Positions 10,359 through 19,881 of a stretch of DNA of 64,000 nucleotides are shown piece by piece. The DNA comes from a virus. Lineage: Duplodnaviria; Caudoviricetes. The notes beneath the pieces were generated by a model. That model was not told the origin of the DNA. It made no database searches and saw nothing but the letters and a program-made list of their open reading frames with translations. Numbering within the stretch: the stretch's first letter is position 1; every line of letters starts with the position of its first letter. Both the position numbers and the translations under genes were made by a program. The stretch spans positions 543 to 64,542 of IMG/VR virus record IMGVR_UViG_3300037147_000032; one strand, given 5' to 3'.

Positions 10359-10525
10359 TCTGGGGTTATACGCCCCGGCAGATGTCGGCGTTCACGTTTC
10401 TCGCGGTCAAACGGATGAACCGCGAAGCTCATGGTAACCTCTCGGTGATGGCGCTCGCCAACAGTGGAGACGGTAAAGAGATCAACAAGCAGTTGGCGCA
10501 CTGGGAGAAGGACGCGGACCTGTGA
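10232..10525 (+). other. Programmed -1 frameshift site (C CCT TTC) and gpT-like extension
   Basis: X XXY YYZ heptamer at 10232-10238 is in the chaperone frame. The -1 frame is open to TGA at 10525 (...EALIAGGHLPDVVWGYTPRQ...), overlapping the next GTG. Confidence 0.75.
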
Positions 10526-11046
10526 AACTTACCATCGATACCAACTACGAGCAGTTTCAGTCAAACTTCGACGAAGCCGCTGAAAAATTCGGTGTCGCGC
10601 TAGACACGGCCAAGAACATGGTTGCGTCGATGATCAAGAGCCGGGGCGAAGCTGATATCATGGCTGCTGGTAACTTCGGCGAGGACTACACTGGAGCACT
10701 GACAGTGGAAGTGGATGGTAACACCATCACGACCACGCTCGACGCCCCCGGAGCCAGCATCTTTGAAAGCGGCGGCACAATCCAAGGCAATCCGCTGCTC
10801 TGGATAGGGATCAGCGGCACGGATGCGGAGGGAACGAGGGCAGGCGCATATGGAGATGGTTTGTTCTCCGTCAATCGTAAAGCGGGAGGCGTCCCGCTCC
10901 TGTTCTCTGTGAGAGATCATGCTCCGAAGTTCTTTGGCGTTCCAAGTGTCTTCATCCCCAAGAAGTTTCATCTTGAGGAAATTCAGTTGGATGTGATGGA
11001 GCATTTCCGTGACGTATTCAATGCTGAGTTCAGGGGCGGCGCATAA
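10522..11046 (+). CDS. Neck/tail completion protein (HK97 gp10-like, putative)
   Basis: ASIFESGGTI motif; coupled start and stop. Confidence 0.5.
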   Translation: MKLTIDTNYEQFQSNFDEAAEKFGVALDTAKNMVASMIKSRGEADIMAAGNFGEDYTGALTVEVDGNTITTTLDAPGASIFESGGTIQGNPLLWIGISGTDAEGTRAGAYGDGLFSVNRKAGGVPLLFSVRDHAPKFFGVPSVFIPKKFHLEEIQLDVMEHFRDVFNAEFRGGA

Positions 11047-13406
11047 TGGATGATGTAATTCAGAAAATTCTGCTTGAGGGCGACGGTGAAATAGTCAGAG
11101 CCCTGCACACTATTGGCGAAGAAGGCTCTCGGGTTTTCGAAGCTCTGGAAAGAGCTTCGGCGGGTGGCGCGGGAAGTATGGAAGCGCTCGGAACCGCAGT
11201 CGGCGGCATCTTAACCATCATGTCTACGGCGACCGCTGCGTTGATTGGTTTTGTTGAAGCGCAGGACAGCGCAACACAAACCGCCGGGTTCCTTGCACAG
11301 GCGTTTGGCACAACCACAGCACAACTGGAGGGCCTTGAAGCCGGGTTCGCGGCAGCGGGTGTCAGCGCTCAGACCTTTGAACGATTTGCGCAACGGCTTA
11401 CGAATACGATTGCCCAACAGTGGCCCCAGATCACGGCTGCCGTTCGCACCAGCACGACGCAACAGAGCGAAGCGCATAACGCGGTTATAGGATCACTTCA
11501 GCGCGTCGCTGATGCAGAGCACGCTCTCCAGATGGAAGCATCCGAGACCGGGGCCAAGTTGACGAGTGCTTATCTTAGCTCCGCTAGCGCATCGTTGAGC
11601 CTCGAAACCGCTCAAGAAAAACTCAATACGTTGATGGGTAACCCGCCGACAGCAGCCCAGAAGCAAGCGCTGGCGCTTTCGGAAGCACAACTTGCTGTCA
11701 AGAAAGCGCATAACGCTCTGTACGAAGCCAGCCTAGCATCCGAGAAAGCAGAACAGGAGGCTGTAGAGGCCCATGCGAAAGCTGAGCTTGCCCTCTCGGA
11801 AGCACATGATCGTGCGGAAGGGGCGGCTGAAAAAGAATATCAGCAATCACTTACCAACCTTCCGAAAATCGCGGGTGCGTTGAAGGGTGTCATCGCGGGT
11901 AACGAGGACCTCGCGAAGACTGTTGATCTTTCGGCGGTGTCCGTGCAGAAACTTGAGCAAGGTCTAATTCTCGCTGCGTCCACAGGCGACAAAGAGCCAT
12001 CGGGCATTCAAACGTTGACAGCGGCATCCGATCTTCTTAGCTCCGCGACGGCCAAACTTATCCCAGAGCAAACCCAACTGGCTTTAGTGATGCGGCTTGG
12101 CGGTCAGCAGATGCGCTCGACCGGCGCATCGGCTGGTGAAATGCTCCATGTGCTGCAATCGGGGAAGGCAGCTTTCGATGATTATGCAAAAGCGGCCGAA
12201 AGTTCGTTCTCCGCCAGCGCTGAGGGCAAGGATAACGTCGAAGCGTACCGGCAAGCTTTTGAGAAATTCAGTTATACGGTTTCGATTGCGAACCGCGATC
12301 TGGCGGCCATGGCGAGCCCGGCACTCACATCATTTCTCAGCCTGTTAGCTGACAGCATCAAAAATACTGACGGTCTTCTACACAATATAATCGCGGCGTT
12401 CGAACAGCTAGGTAGGGCTGTGTCTACTGTAATCGGCGGCATTGTTAGCGGCTTTCAGGCGGCGAGCGAAGCGCTTGGCCTCGATAAATGGCAATTGCTC
12501 AAAATTGCCATTCTCGGCGTGATCGCAGTTGTCGCTCTGTTTGCAACTCCGTTTCTCGCGATCCCTGCGTACATCACAGCCATCGTTGTCGGAGCCGGGC
12601 TGCTGTATGACGAATTCTTCAAGGTCGGTCAAGCAATCGGAGCCATGTGGCTCAGAGTCAAAGATAGCTCCGTAGGCCAATTCATCTCAAAAATTATTGA
12701 TGGGATGAGCCAAATCGTCCAACTGGCAGCAAAGCTTCTCGGCATTAAGGGTGGTGGCAGTGACGGACGGAGCGCTGATGTTAAAAAGGCTGATGCCGCA
12801 CGCGATACGCAGTCCAATGCCAAGGAGCCGGATAATGCTGGCATCACTTCACATTCAGACGACGCGGGAGAGGGATTGGATAAAGTAGCTACGTCGGCAG
12901 ACAAAGCAGCTTCGGCGCTAGATAAGATCGTAAGCGGCAAGAGCAGCAGTAGCAGCAGCAGCAGCAGCAGCGGTGGTCGATATACATCTGATGGTGGCTC
13001 GAATACGTCGGGCTCGTGGCTGGGTGGATTGATACGCAGATTTGCAGAGGGTGGCGGCGCGGTCCATGGTGCGGGCAGCGGGACAAGCGACAGCATTCTC
13101 GCGCGGTTATCGAATGGCGAGTTCGTCGTAAGGGCGGCGGCGGTGCGGGCATACGGTGCGAACTTCCTGCACGCGATTAACAGCATGAGTTTCCCCGGCT
13201 TCGCCATGGGCGGTCTCGTGCCATCGCCCGTTCGTTTGGCTGGCAGTGGTGGAGCAGGGCAGGCTTCGAGCACGGTCAACCTGTCAATCGACGGCCACTC
13301 ATTCAATGGTTTCCGTGGACCGAAGAACGTCGTTGACGAACTCACGAGTTATGCAATCGGTCGCCAGACTTCGGCGGCCGGCACAAACCCCTCGTGGCTC
13401 AAATGA
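11046..13406 (+). CDS. Tape measure protein
   Basis: 786 aa, Ala-rich and helical, with a hydrophobic segment and C-terminal FAEGG..HGAGSGTSDSILARLSNGEFVV. Confidence 0.9.
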   Translation: MDDVIQKILLEGDGEIVRALHTIGEEGSRVFEALERASAGGAGSMEALGTAVGGILTIMSTATAALIGFVEAQDSATQTAGFLAQAFGTTTAQLEGLEAGFAAAGVSAQTFERFAQRLTNTIAQQWPQITAAVRTSTTQQSEAHNAVIGSLQRVADAEHALQMEASETGAKLTSAYLSSASASLSLETAQEKLNTLMGNPPTAAQKQALALSEAQLAVKKAHNALYEASLASEKAEQEAVEAHAKAELALSEAHDRAEGAAEKEYQQSLTNLPKIAGALKGVIAGNEDLAKTVDLSAVSVQKLEQGLILAASTGDKEPSGIQTLTAASDLLSSATAKLIPEQTQLALVMRLGGQQMRSTGASAGEMLHVLQSGKAAFDDYAKAAESSFSASAEGKDNVEAYRQAFEKFSYTVSIANRDLAAMASPALTSFLSLLADSIKNTDGLLHNIIAAFEQLGRAVSTVIGGIVSGFQAASEALGLDKWQLLKIAILGVIAVVALFATPFLAIPAYITAIVVGAGLLYDEFFKVGQAIGAMWLRVKDSSVGQFISKIIDGMSQIVQLAAKLLGIKGGGSDGRSADVKKADAARDTQSNAKEPDNAGITSHSDDAGEGLDKVATSADKAASALDKIVSGKSSSSSSSSSSGGRYTSDGGSNTSGSWLGGLIRRFAEGGGAVHGAGSGTSDSILARLSNGEFVVRAAAVRAYGANFLHAINSMSFPGFAMGGLVPSPVRLAGSGGAGQASSTVNLSIDGHSFNGFRGPKNVVDELTSYAIGRQTSAAGTNPSWLK

Positions 13407-13470
13407 GCTATACTGAAAAGAATGCGGTTCTGCCAACGCCGTCGAGAGCGAGAACGTGCGGAGATGCAAG

Positions 13471-13941
13471 ATGAGTGACCCACTTGAAAACCTTCTGCCT
13501 GCAAACACTGATACGATCCTGTCAATCTCATCGTTCGGCACCATGCTTTATCAGGCGCGCGGTCTGACGCAAACGCTCGAAGTGATCGGCGCAGCGATGC
13601 AGCAAGAGCGCACTATCAATGGTATTCTGATCGATCTGTCTGTCCAGCAATTTCGAAAATACGCATCCACGATCACATCTCCGAACGATGTCGAAGCACC
13701 TCCGCTCGATGGCGTCTGGCCCGGCATGACTGTCACTGTCGATTGCGCGGTCAGTCTCGCCTACCTCACGTCGGGAGGCAACGGCCCGTACAACAGACCT
13801 CAGGTTTCGGGTTCGTCCTACGTGCTGGGCTCATACACATTCTATCGTCCCGTGCTTACCATGCTCGTCAAGAAAGTCCAAACGCACTTCGATGAATGGA
13901 AATGCAGTGTGGGGTGGACAATCGAATGTGAAGAGGTATGA
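13471..13941 (+). CDS. Distal tail protein (putative)
   Basis: Immediately after the tape measure; ends WTIECEEV. Confidence 0.6.
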   Translation: MSDPLENLLPANTDTILSISSFGTMLYQARGLTQTLEVIGAAMQQERTINGILIDLSVQQFRKYASTITSPNDVEAPPLDGVWPGMTVTVDCAVSLAYLTSGGNGPYNRPQVSGSSYVLGSYTFYRPVLTMLVKKVQTHFDEWKCSVGWTIECEEV

Positions 13942-14040
13942 TATGAAAGACGCGCTCGGACACGGGAGCAATGCGGGCTCGCACTCCAGCGGCATTGAGC
14001 CGGATGCTGGCAAAGCATTTTGGGCTTCAAGGACTAAACG

Positions 14041-16680
14041 ATGACATCATTTCCATTTACCTTCTATTGGAGCGACGAAACGGAGACCACGTTCAACGCG
14101 AGCACGATGAACGTGTGCGACGAAGACATTATATCGTTTGTGATCAAGCACGATGAGGGACAAATCCCGACACTCGATATTGTCGTCAAGAACCCGCGCA
14201 TCGGCTTGCTCGCGCCGGGCCGCAAAGTGTGGGCATGGTTTGGTTGGTTGAACGAGAACGTTGCGCCAGCCGCCTATCAGCCGCTGTTTTTCGGTGTGCT
14301 CGTGGGTGTCCCGACCAGCCTGTTCCAAGAGAAGGTCACGCTCAAGTTTATCGCGCGCTCGCCAGACTTCATTCAGAACAAGCAGGCGCTCGCTGAAACC
14401 ATGAAGACGGCGCCATATTACGATCCGATCTGGCTAGAAACCGGCAAGCGCGATGATCCTGATACAATTCTCGAAGCGTGGTCCGCTCTATGGCACATAG
14501 ACAGATTGACGAATGTGATCACGCACTCGGATATCCTGACTGGCGAAGATGGCACTCTGGTGTTCACAGAGGCCGATGCGCTCTACGACAGTGTATCGCT
14601 GACACTTGGGCAGCCGCCGCTCACGAACATCCGCGTTGAAGCGACGACCAACTGGACCCAACGCTCGTCCGGCTTCATCACTGACATCCCACCGCTCAAC
14701 ATTTCCAGCTATACTGGCGATACCCTGATGTCCGACTGGCCAAAACCGGGCGCGGCTATTGGCGGAGGATACAAGTGCGAAGCCAGCTACGTCATCGATA
14801 CCTACTTCATCTCCGACACGCCGACTTTCAGTGTGAACTCGACGTTCACGTCTGGTGATACCAACCCGGGCCAATGTGGAGTTTCATCCGAAACTATGAG
14901 TTCGAGTGGCCCTGCTCTTCTCGCTCCTAAATATCTGAGTGCAGTTCTCACAGGCTACATGAAAAGCGGCGTTTGCGATCCGGGTGCCGATCCCCCTGTG
15001 AACACACCATCGCAGATAACGAGTACGGGTATCATCGTTCCGCAGTGGAATGTCTCGATGAGCATGACGCTTCGATACGATGCTTCGCGGCAGTATTCGG
15101 AAGTTCTGGCTTTCGACATGACGGCTGACACTCAGGCCATCTTGGCGTCGCCGACTGTATCTCAGAACACCGAACTGCTCACACTTTCTTCCGTTGACGT
15201 GGGCCAGCCGCTTCTCGAAGTGGAGGCTTGGGATGATTTCTTGGGGCAATCGGTCGCGCTCGCTCAGATCATCTTCCCGAATAACCCAACTACTCCGGGC
15301 GGACTGGCCTATCAGATTTGTGTCACCGCCGGGACGGCCGGGACGACCGAACCTGTATTCAGCGACATCGTTGGTACGACTACGGCAGACAACAGCGTCG
15401 TGTGGGCAAGTATGGGCGGAAGTCCGCTTACGACCGCGCCGAAATGGTCGCCGGCTTCGTTCGTCCCGCTCGGCCAGATCATCCTCTTGCAAAATCAGGT
15501 CTTCAATCCGGCCACTGGTGACTTTGAAGATATCCCGGGCGAGGGCGTCTATTACATCTGCACGTCCGCCGGGCAGACTAACAGCACGTACACGGAGTTC
15601 TCTTATACGCCGCCTGTCGTATCCAACGTCGAGGTGACACCGGCTGTCAAGTTTATCAATTACATCAAGCCTCCCGCGTACGTCACGAGCGTCGGCGCGC
15701 AAGTAGCTGACAGTAGCAGCGGTGGTGAAATGGCGCTTCTGGGCGCTTACCCGATTGGGGGCAGCGGAGAAGGTGTTACGTGGACAGTACTCGGTACGAC
15801 ACCAGCTTTGCTGGGCATCCCGATCGGCGGCACGGCTGATACAGTCACCGCCAACTCATATTTCCCGACTGCTCGCGGGTTACAGAGCGTCGAGTACCTG
15901 ATCAGCAAGGCACGCGCCCGTCTGCGTTTTCGGGCACGCGCCGTGACGGTTGGATGGGATTGTCTGATGGGGTTTGCGGCTGCTCTGACGTGCCGCTGGA
16001 ACGCAACGCTGTCCGATCCCCGTTTCCCGGGTGGTAGTGTCACAGGCAAGATCACGAGTTATTCGATGACTGGTGACGGTAACGGCAAAGTTCGGGGCCA
16101 CGTCGAGATCGGGTGCGCAGTAGGCTTCGGAAACAGCATCAACGAGATCACCGGAACACCCGAATATGCTTCACCCGGCTACATGCAAGTCGGCTATCAA
16201 GTCTACGACGGAGCGACGGTTGCGCACGGCAGCGGCGAAACTACATACACGCTCCCGCAGTTCGGCGGCGGCTTCGATGACGGTTTGATCTTCCCACTGA
16301 CATGGAGTGATATTAGCGATGGCGGCCTCATCAGTGGATCGCTGGCGGAGCAGGAAGCCGCGATTACAGCATCGTTCGTCGCTGCACGTATATTGGCATG
16401 GGACAATGCATTCATCGGCACCGTAGTCGGGACCGGCGGTACGGGAGCGGGGACCACGACATCAGGTCTCAATCCTCAAATGGCGTGGTACGTCACTCAG
16501 GAAGAACTTGCACTCGCGTCTCAGAACACACCATATGTGATGGCCGCGAATTCCATCTCGTGGACAGCGTTGCTGAAACCGTGTTCGGGTAATGGGCCGT
16601 TCGGTGGATCATATAACATCATCGTTTCCCCGCTCGTCATCCCGATGGGCATCAACTTGGAGGCACCGTCATCGCCATGA
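14041..16680 (+). CDS. Tail tip/hub protein with inserted repeat modules
   Basis: 879 aa after the distal tail gene, with internal GTAGTTEPVF..TTADNSVVW-type repeats. Confidence 0.7.
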   Translation: MTSFPFTFYWSDETETTFNASTMNVCDEDIISFVIKHDEGQIPTLDIVVKNPRIGLLAPGRKVWAWFGWLNENVAPAAYQPLFFGVLVGVPTSLFQEKVTLKFIARSPDFIQNKQALAETMKTAPYYDPIWLETGKRDDPDTILEAWSALWHIDRLTNVITHSDILTGEDGTLVFTEADALYDSVSLTLGQPPLTNIRVEATTNWTQRSSGFITDIPPLNISSYTGDTLMSDWPKPGAAIGGGYKCEASYVIDTYFISDTPTFSVNSTFTSGDTNPGQCGVSSETMSSSGPALLAPKYLSAVLTGYMKSGVCDPGADPPVNTPSQITSTGIIVPQWNVSMSMTLRYDASRQYSEVLAFDMTADTQAILASPTVSQNTELLTLSSVDVGQPLLEVEAWDDFLGQSVALAQIIFPNNPTTPGGLAYQICVTAGTAGTTEPVFSDIVGTTTADNSVVWASMGGSPLTTAPKWSPASFVPLGQIILLQNQVFNPATGDFEDIPGEGVYYICTSAGQTNSTYTEFSYTPPVVSNVEVTPAVKFINYIKPPAYVTSVGAQVADSSSGGEMALLGAYPIGGSGEGVTWTVLGTTPALLGIPIGGTADTVTANSYFPTARGLQSVEYLISKARARLRFRARAVTVGWDCLMGFAAALTCRWNATLSDPRFPGGSVTGKITSYSMTGDGNGKVRGHVEIGCAVGFGNSINEITGTPEYASPGYMQVGYQVYDGATVAHGSGETTYTLPQFGGGFDDGLIFPLTWSDISDGGLISGSLAEQEAAITASFVAARILAWDNAFIGTVVGTGGTGAGTTTSGLNPQMAWYVTQEELALASQNTPYVMAANSISWTALLKPCSGNGPFGGSYNIIVSPLVIPMGINLEAPSSP

Positions 16681-16913
16681 CAAATTGGATGAATGAAAAA
16701 GTAGTCGTAGAGAACAACGTGACACCGCACGATCCGGTTGCGATGGTGCGAGGTATTGCCGACAGTATCGAAGGGTTTTGGGGCTACGTCGCGGCTCGAA
16801 GCTTCATTGAAAAAGGCCCGATCCCTAAGGATGACCACACAATGAAGATCGCGCACGATGACGCGATGTGCTTGCGTGCGGTCGCGGATATGATGGAAGC
16901 AAACCGTGGGTAA
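16677..16913 (+). CDS. Hypothetical protein
   Basis: ATGA overlap with the hub gene; GGAGG upstream. Confidence 0.5.
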   Translation: MTNWMNEKVVVENNVTPHDPVAMVRGIADSIEGFWGYVAARSFIEKGPIPKDDHTMKIAHDDAMCLRAVADMMEANRG

Positions 16914-17065
16914 GAGACCAGCCATAATGCCCAGAGGACGACCGCTCGATATGAAACCGCACGGGCCAAAAGTTCTCCCGAAACTACATAGAGTGTGGTC
17001 TCGCGAACACGTCGAGCAGGCGGTCCAATTCAGGAAAGATCGCGAGGAAGCTAGGAGAAAGTACA

Positions 17066-17299
17066 ATGGGTCTTGAAGTAGTCATTCGTCCGTACAGCGC
17101 GCCTGACACCGGACCGACGCCATTCCATCCAGCCGGGGCATCCAGCGCACCGCCGGTTCGCCTTACCGTGGGTTTGGTCGGAGGCACCAAGACTTTCGCC
17201 TTCAGTCAGAGTGGATCAATCTCGACATACATGGCCGCTATCCACAAAGAAAAAGCGGTCACAGCTTTCGACATGACCACCGGAAAAGTAGCGCAATAA
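17066..17299 (+). CDS. Small tail-associated protein
   Basis: AGGAG RBS; 77 aa. Confidence 0.55.
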   Translation: MGLEVVIRPYSAPDTGPTPFHPAGASSAPPVRLTVGLVGGTKTFAFSQSGSISTYMAAIHKEKAVTAFDMTTGKVAQ

Positions 17300-17300
17300 G

Positions 17301-18974
17301 ATGACTTTGACCAGACGATCTCACATAGTTCGCATTGGCATCGGTCCGCCACCGCAAGCCTATTATATTGACATGGAAGTGCTTGACGCCGTGTCGTTCA
17401 GAACGACCGGGGACAAGGAAATGGTTTTGAACCTTCCGGCGACTGATGCCGATCCCTACATCGTAGATGATACCGGAGACAATAATCAGAAAACACCTTC
17501 GGTCGTAACTGCTACCCGCCGTTCTCACATGAAACGGATCACCGGAGCGCCAGATGATACGGAGTTTGTGGATGTTGAAGTTCTTGACGGCGTCGCTTTC
17601 CGGGATGATAGCGGAAAAGAGTGGGTCATGTATTTGCCGGATGATGACAACCTCGATGTCTACAACACGACAACAGGGCAGGGCGATATAAGCTCAACTC
17701 GCCGGGTCCACGATGAGCAACTCTATAGCGATCCAACAGACAAAACTTCGGCCTCCATTACAGTCGAGCGATGCGATACGATGTGTTTCAGATCGACCGG
17801 CGGCGAAGAAATGGTTATCGTGATGCCTTCGAGTGATGACGGAGTAGACCCCGGCGCGCTGACAAACGGGGGTGATGTCCAGAGAGCGGACACGGTCACG
17901 ACACCGCCTGATTATGATCCGAATGGCACCACCGTTGTCCCTCCGCCCAATACTGATCCGGACATTTACGCGATCTTCCCGCCGGGCAGCAAAGGCCCTC
18001 CGACCGGAGACAGCGGCTCTGACAAGACGAAAAATCCGAAGATCGCATGTGGTCCGCTATGGTGGCCGCGTGGGATCAGCAAGAAGAGCGGACCATGGTA
18101 CTGGTACATACCCGTTCAAACCACCATGACGTACAGCATCACGCACACACCGGGCAAGTATGATTGGGTTGGTGATCCGACTTCCTCCAGTTGGGCAGGG
18201 ACCCCCTCGACATTGACGCTCGTCTATGCGCCGGGTTTCTTTTTCACAGGCGCGGACGGTAATGATGAATTCCATGCGTATTCACCTTGGGGCTGGCCAA
18301 CGCTCGACGCTGCGATCTTAGGCGGCATAGATGGTCTGGATTGGGGCCTCGTAGACTACGATGATACGCGGATCGATGATAACCAGCCGAATGGACTTAA
18401 CGCCACACCCTGCATCCCGGGCGTGAGTGGTGATCCTGACATCTGGCAGATCACCGGCATCAAAGCGCCCGATCTTATCAAGCCGATACCGCCCGCGATC
18501 AAATGGTCTCCCGGCTCGATCAGCCCGGCCCTCGCCAAGCAAGTAGCATTGGCGTGGCTCCAGCAATGGAATGCCACATCGACGAACTTCAATAGTATGC
18601 ATGCGGGCCTAGCCGGGATATATACAGGCCACTACTACTTTATCACATGGCCTGTTGGGGTTGACAACGGAGGCACGCAGCGTTTCGGGGGAGCCGGCGA
18701 AGCGAAGATCGTTCCCTATGCATCAACATCGTTTCACGTTCCGTTGTGGGACCTTACTGTGTTTCCCGCTCTGACCGGCGGCCGATACATCGGCGGTCTT
18801 CCGGGTGATTTCTGGTCCCCTGTCACGAGCTTCACCGACCCAAACGACGGCAGCACCCACGACGTTCAGGAGGGAGCAATGGACTACTATGCCGAGATAC
18901 TCGGTGTGACACAACTCGATCCTAAGAAGTGGGACACGAGCAAACCAGAGAGCCCCAAACTCAAGGGCACTTGA
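17301..18974 (+). CDS. Minor tail protein with a triplicated N-terminal module
   Basis: TRRSH...D(M/V)EVLD.V.FR...GKE repeated three times. Confidence 0.6.
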   Translation: MTLTRRSHIVRIGIGPPPQAYYIDMEVLDAVSFRTTGDKEMVLNLPATDADPYIVDDTGDNNQKTPSVVTATRRSHMKRITGAPDDTEFVDVEVLDGVAFRDDSGKEWVMYLPDDDNLDVYNTTTGQGDISSTRRVHDEQLYSDPTDKTSASITVERCDTMCFRSTGGEEMVIVMPSSDDGVDPGALTNGGDVQRADTVTTPPDYDPNGTTVVPPPNTDPDIYAIFPPGSKGPPTGDSGSDKTKNPKIACGPLWWPRGISKKSGPWYWYIPVQTTMTYSITHTPGKYDWVGDPTSSSWAGTPSTLTLVYAPGFFFTGADGNDEFHAYSPWGWPTLDAAILGGIDGLDWGLVDYDDTRIDDNQPNGLNATPCIPGVSGDPDIWQITGIKAPDLIKPIPPAIKWSPGSISPALAKQVALAWLQQWNATSTNFNSMHAGLAGIYTGHYYFITWPVGVDNGGTQRFGGAGEAKIVPYASTSFHVPLWDLTVFPALTGGRYIGGLPGDFWSPVTSFTDPNDGSTHDVQEGAMDYYAEILGVTQLDPKKWDTSKPESPKLKGT

Positions 18975-18998
18975 CAGTTCCATTAAAACATGGTTAAC
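18971..18998 (+). promoter_or_regulatory. TTGACA -35 element followed by a perfect CtrA-type box
   Basis: TTGACA at 18971; TTAA-aacatgg-TTAAC at 18983-18998. Confidence 0.6.
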
Positions 18999-19023
18999 AG
19001 ACAACCCGAAAGGATTTCCCGCC

Positions 19024-19872
19024 ATGCCAATCACTACACTGACGTATCGAACGGCGGACGCTACACGTTGGGGCGGCGGCCAAGGCTCTGACCTCGCGGC
19101 TGTGACCATCGATCTCAACTTCTGGGCTATTTACACTGCCATCAGTGCGCTCGAAGCTGCTTCACAGACCACGGTCAGCATCGACTACATTTCGCAGACA
19201 GCGGGCAATCAACTTTTCATCCATCTGACCAATCATGCTGTGCTCGGGCCGTTCATCATCCCGACCACGCAATGGAACCCGCGTGGTCTCTGGCAGCCGA
19301 TGACGCCTTATGCCCCGTTCGATGTTGTATCGGACGCTGGCAGTCTTTATCTCGTTACGGCTTCGTTTACGAGTGCTTCTACATTCGACCCGCTTGCGAC
19401 GGATGGGCTCGGCAACCAGCTCTACATTCTTATCCTGTTGCCGCCAGCGGACACGTTGCCGAACAACGGTGTTGTCGGACAGGGGCTCGTCTATACTGGC
19501 GGCTCTCCAGCTTTCGCGGCGTGGCAGTACCGGTATCGTGATCTCGCGCTCTTCATTCCGGGTCAGCCGCAAGCGGGCTCCGTCTTGATGCAGTATTGCG
19601 TCACTGAAGATATGTTTTTTCCGGTCGGGCTCGTGGGCTCAGTTGCATTTGCAGCGATCCAAACCATTACGACGGTCTCCTACCCGCTGTTCAAAAACGG
19701 CAACGCCATCGGCGCGATCATCTTCAACGGTCCGTCGCCGGACAGCGTTGACGTGCAGTTCGTGGCGCAGGTTGACTTCGTCGCGGGCGACGTGATCACC
19801 ATGAACGCTCCGGCGTCTCCGGATGCGCAACAGGCCGGCATTTCGTTCACGCTCGTCGCCACCTTGACCTGA
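19024..19872 (+). CDS. Minor tail/fibre-attachment protein with a carbohydrate-binding-like motif
   Basis: WNPRGLWQPMTPYAPFDVVSDAGSLY module. Confidence 0.6.
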   Translation: MPITTLTYRTADATRWGGGQGSDLAAVTIDLNFWAIYTAISALEAASQTTVSIDYISQTAGNQLFIHLTNHAVLGPFIIPTTQWNPRGLWQPMTPYAPFDVVSDAGSLYLVTASFTSASTFDPLATDGLGNQLYILILLPPADTLPNNGVVGQGLVYTGGSPAFAAWQYRYRDLALFIPGQPQAGSVLMQYCVTEDMFFPVGLVGSVAFAAIQTITTVSYPLFKNGNAIGAIIFNGPSPDSVDVQFVAQVDFVAGDVITMNAPASPDAQQAGISFTLVATLT

Positions 19873-19881
19873 GAGAAGTAA

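Noticed and set aside
12942-12971. AGC microsatellite as a phase-variation switch
   Set aside because: It is a triplet repeat encoding a poly-Ser linker in the tape measure, so length change would not shift the frame.
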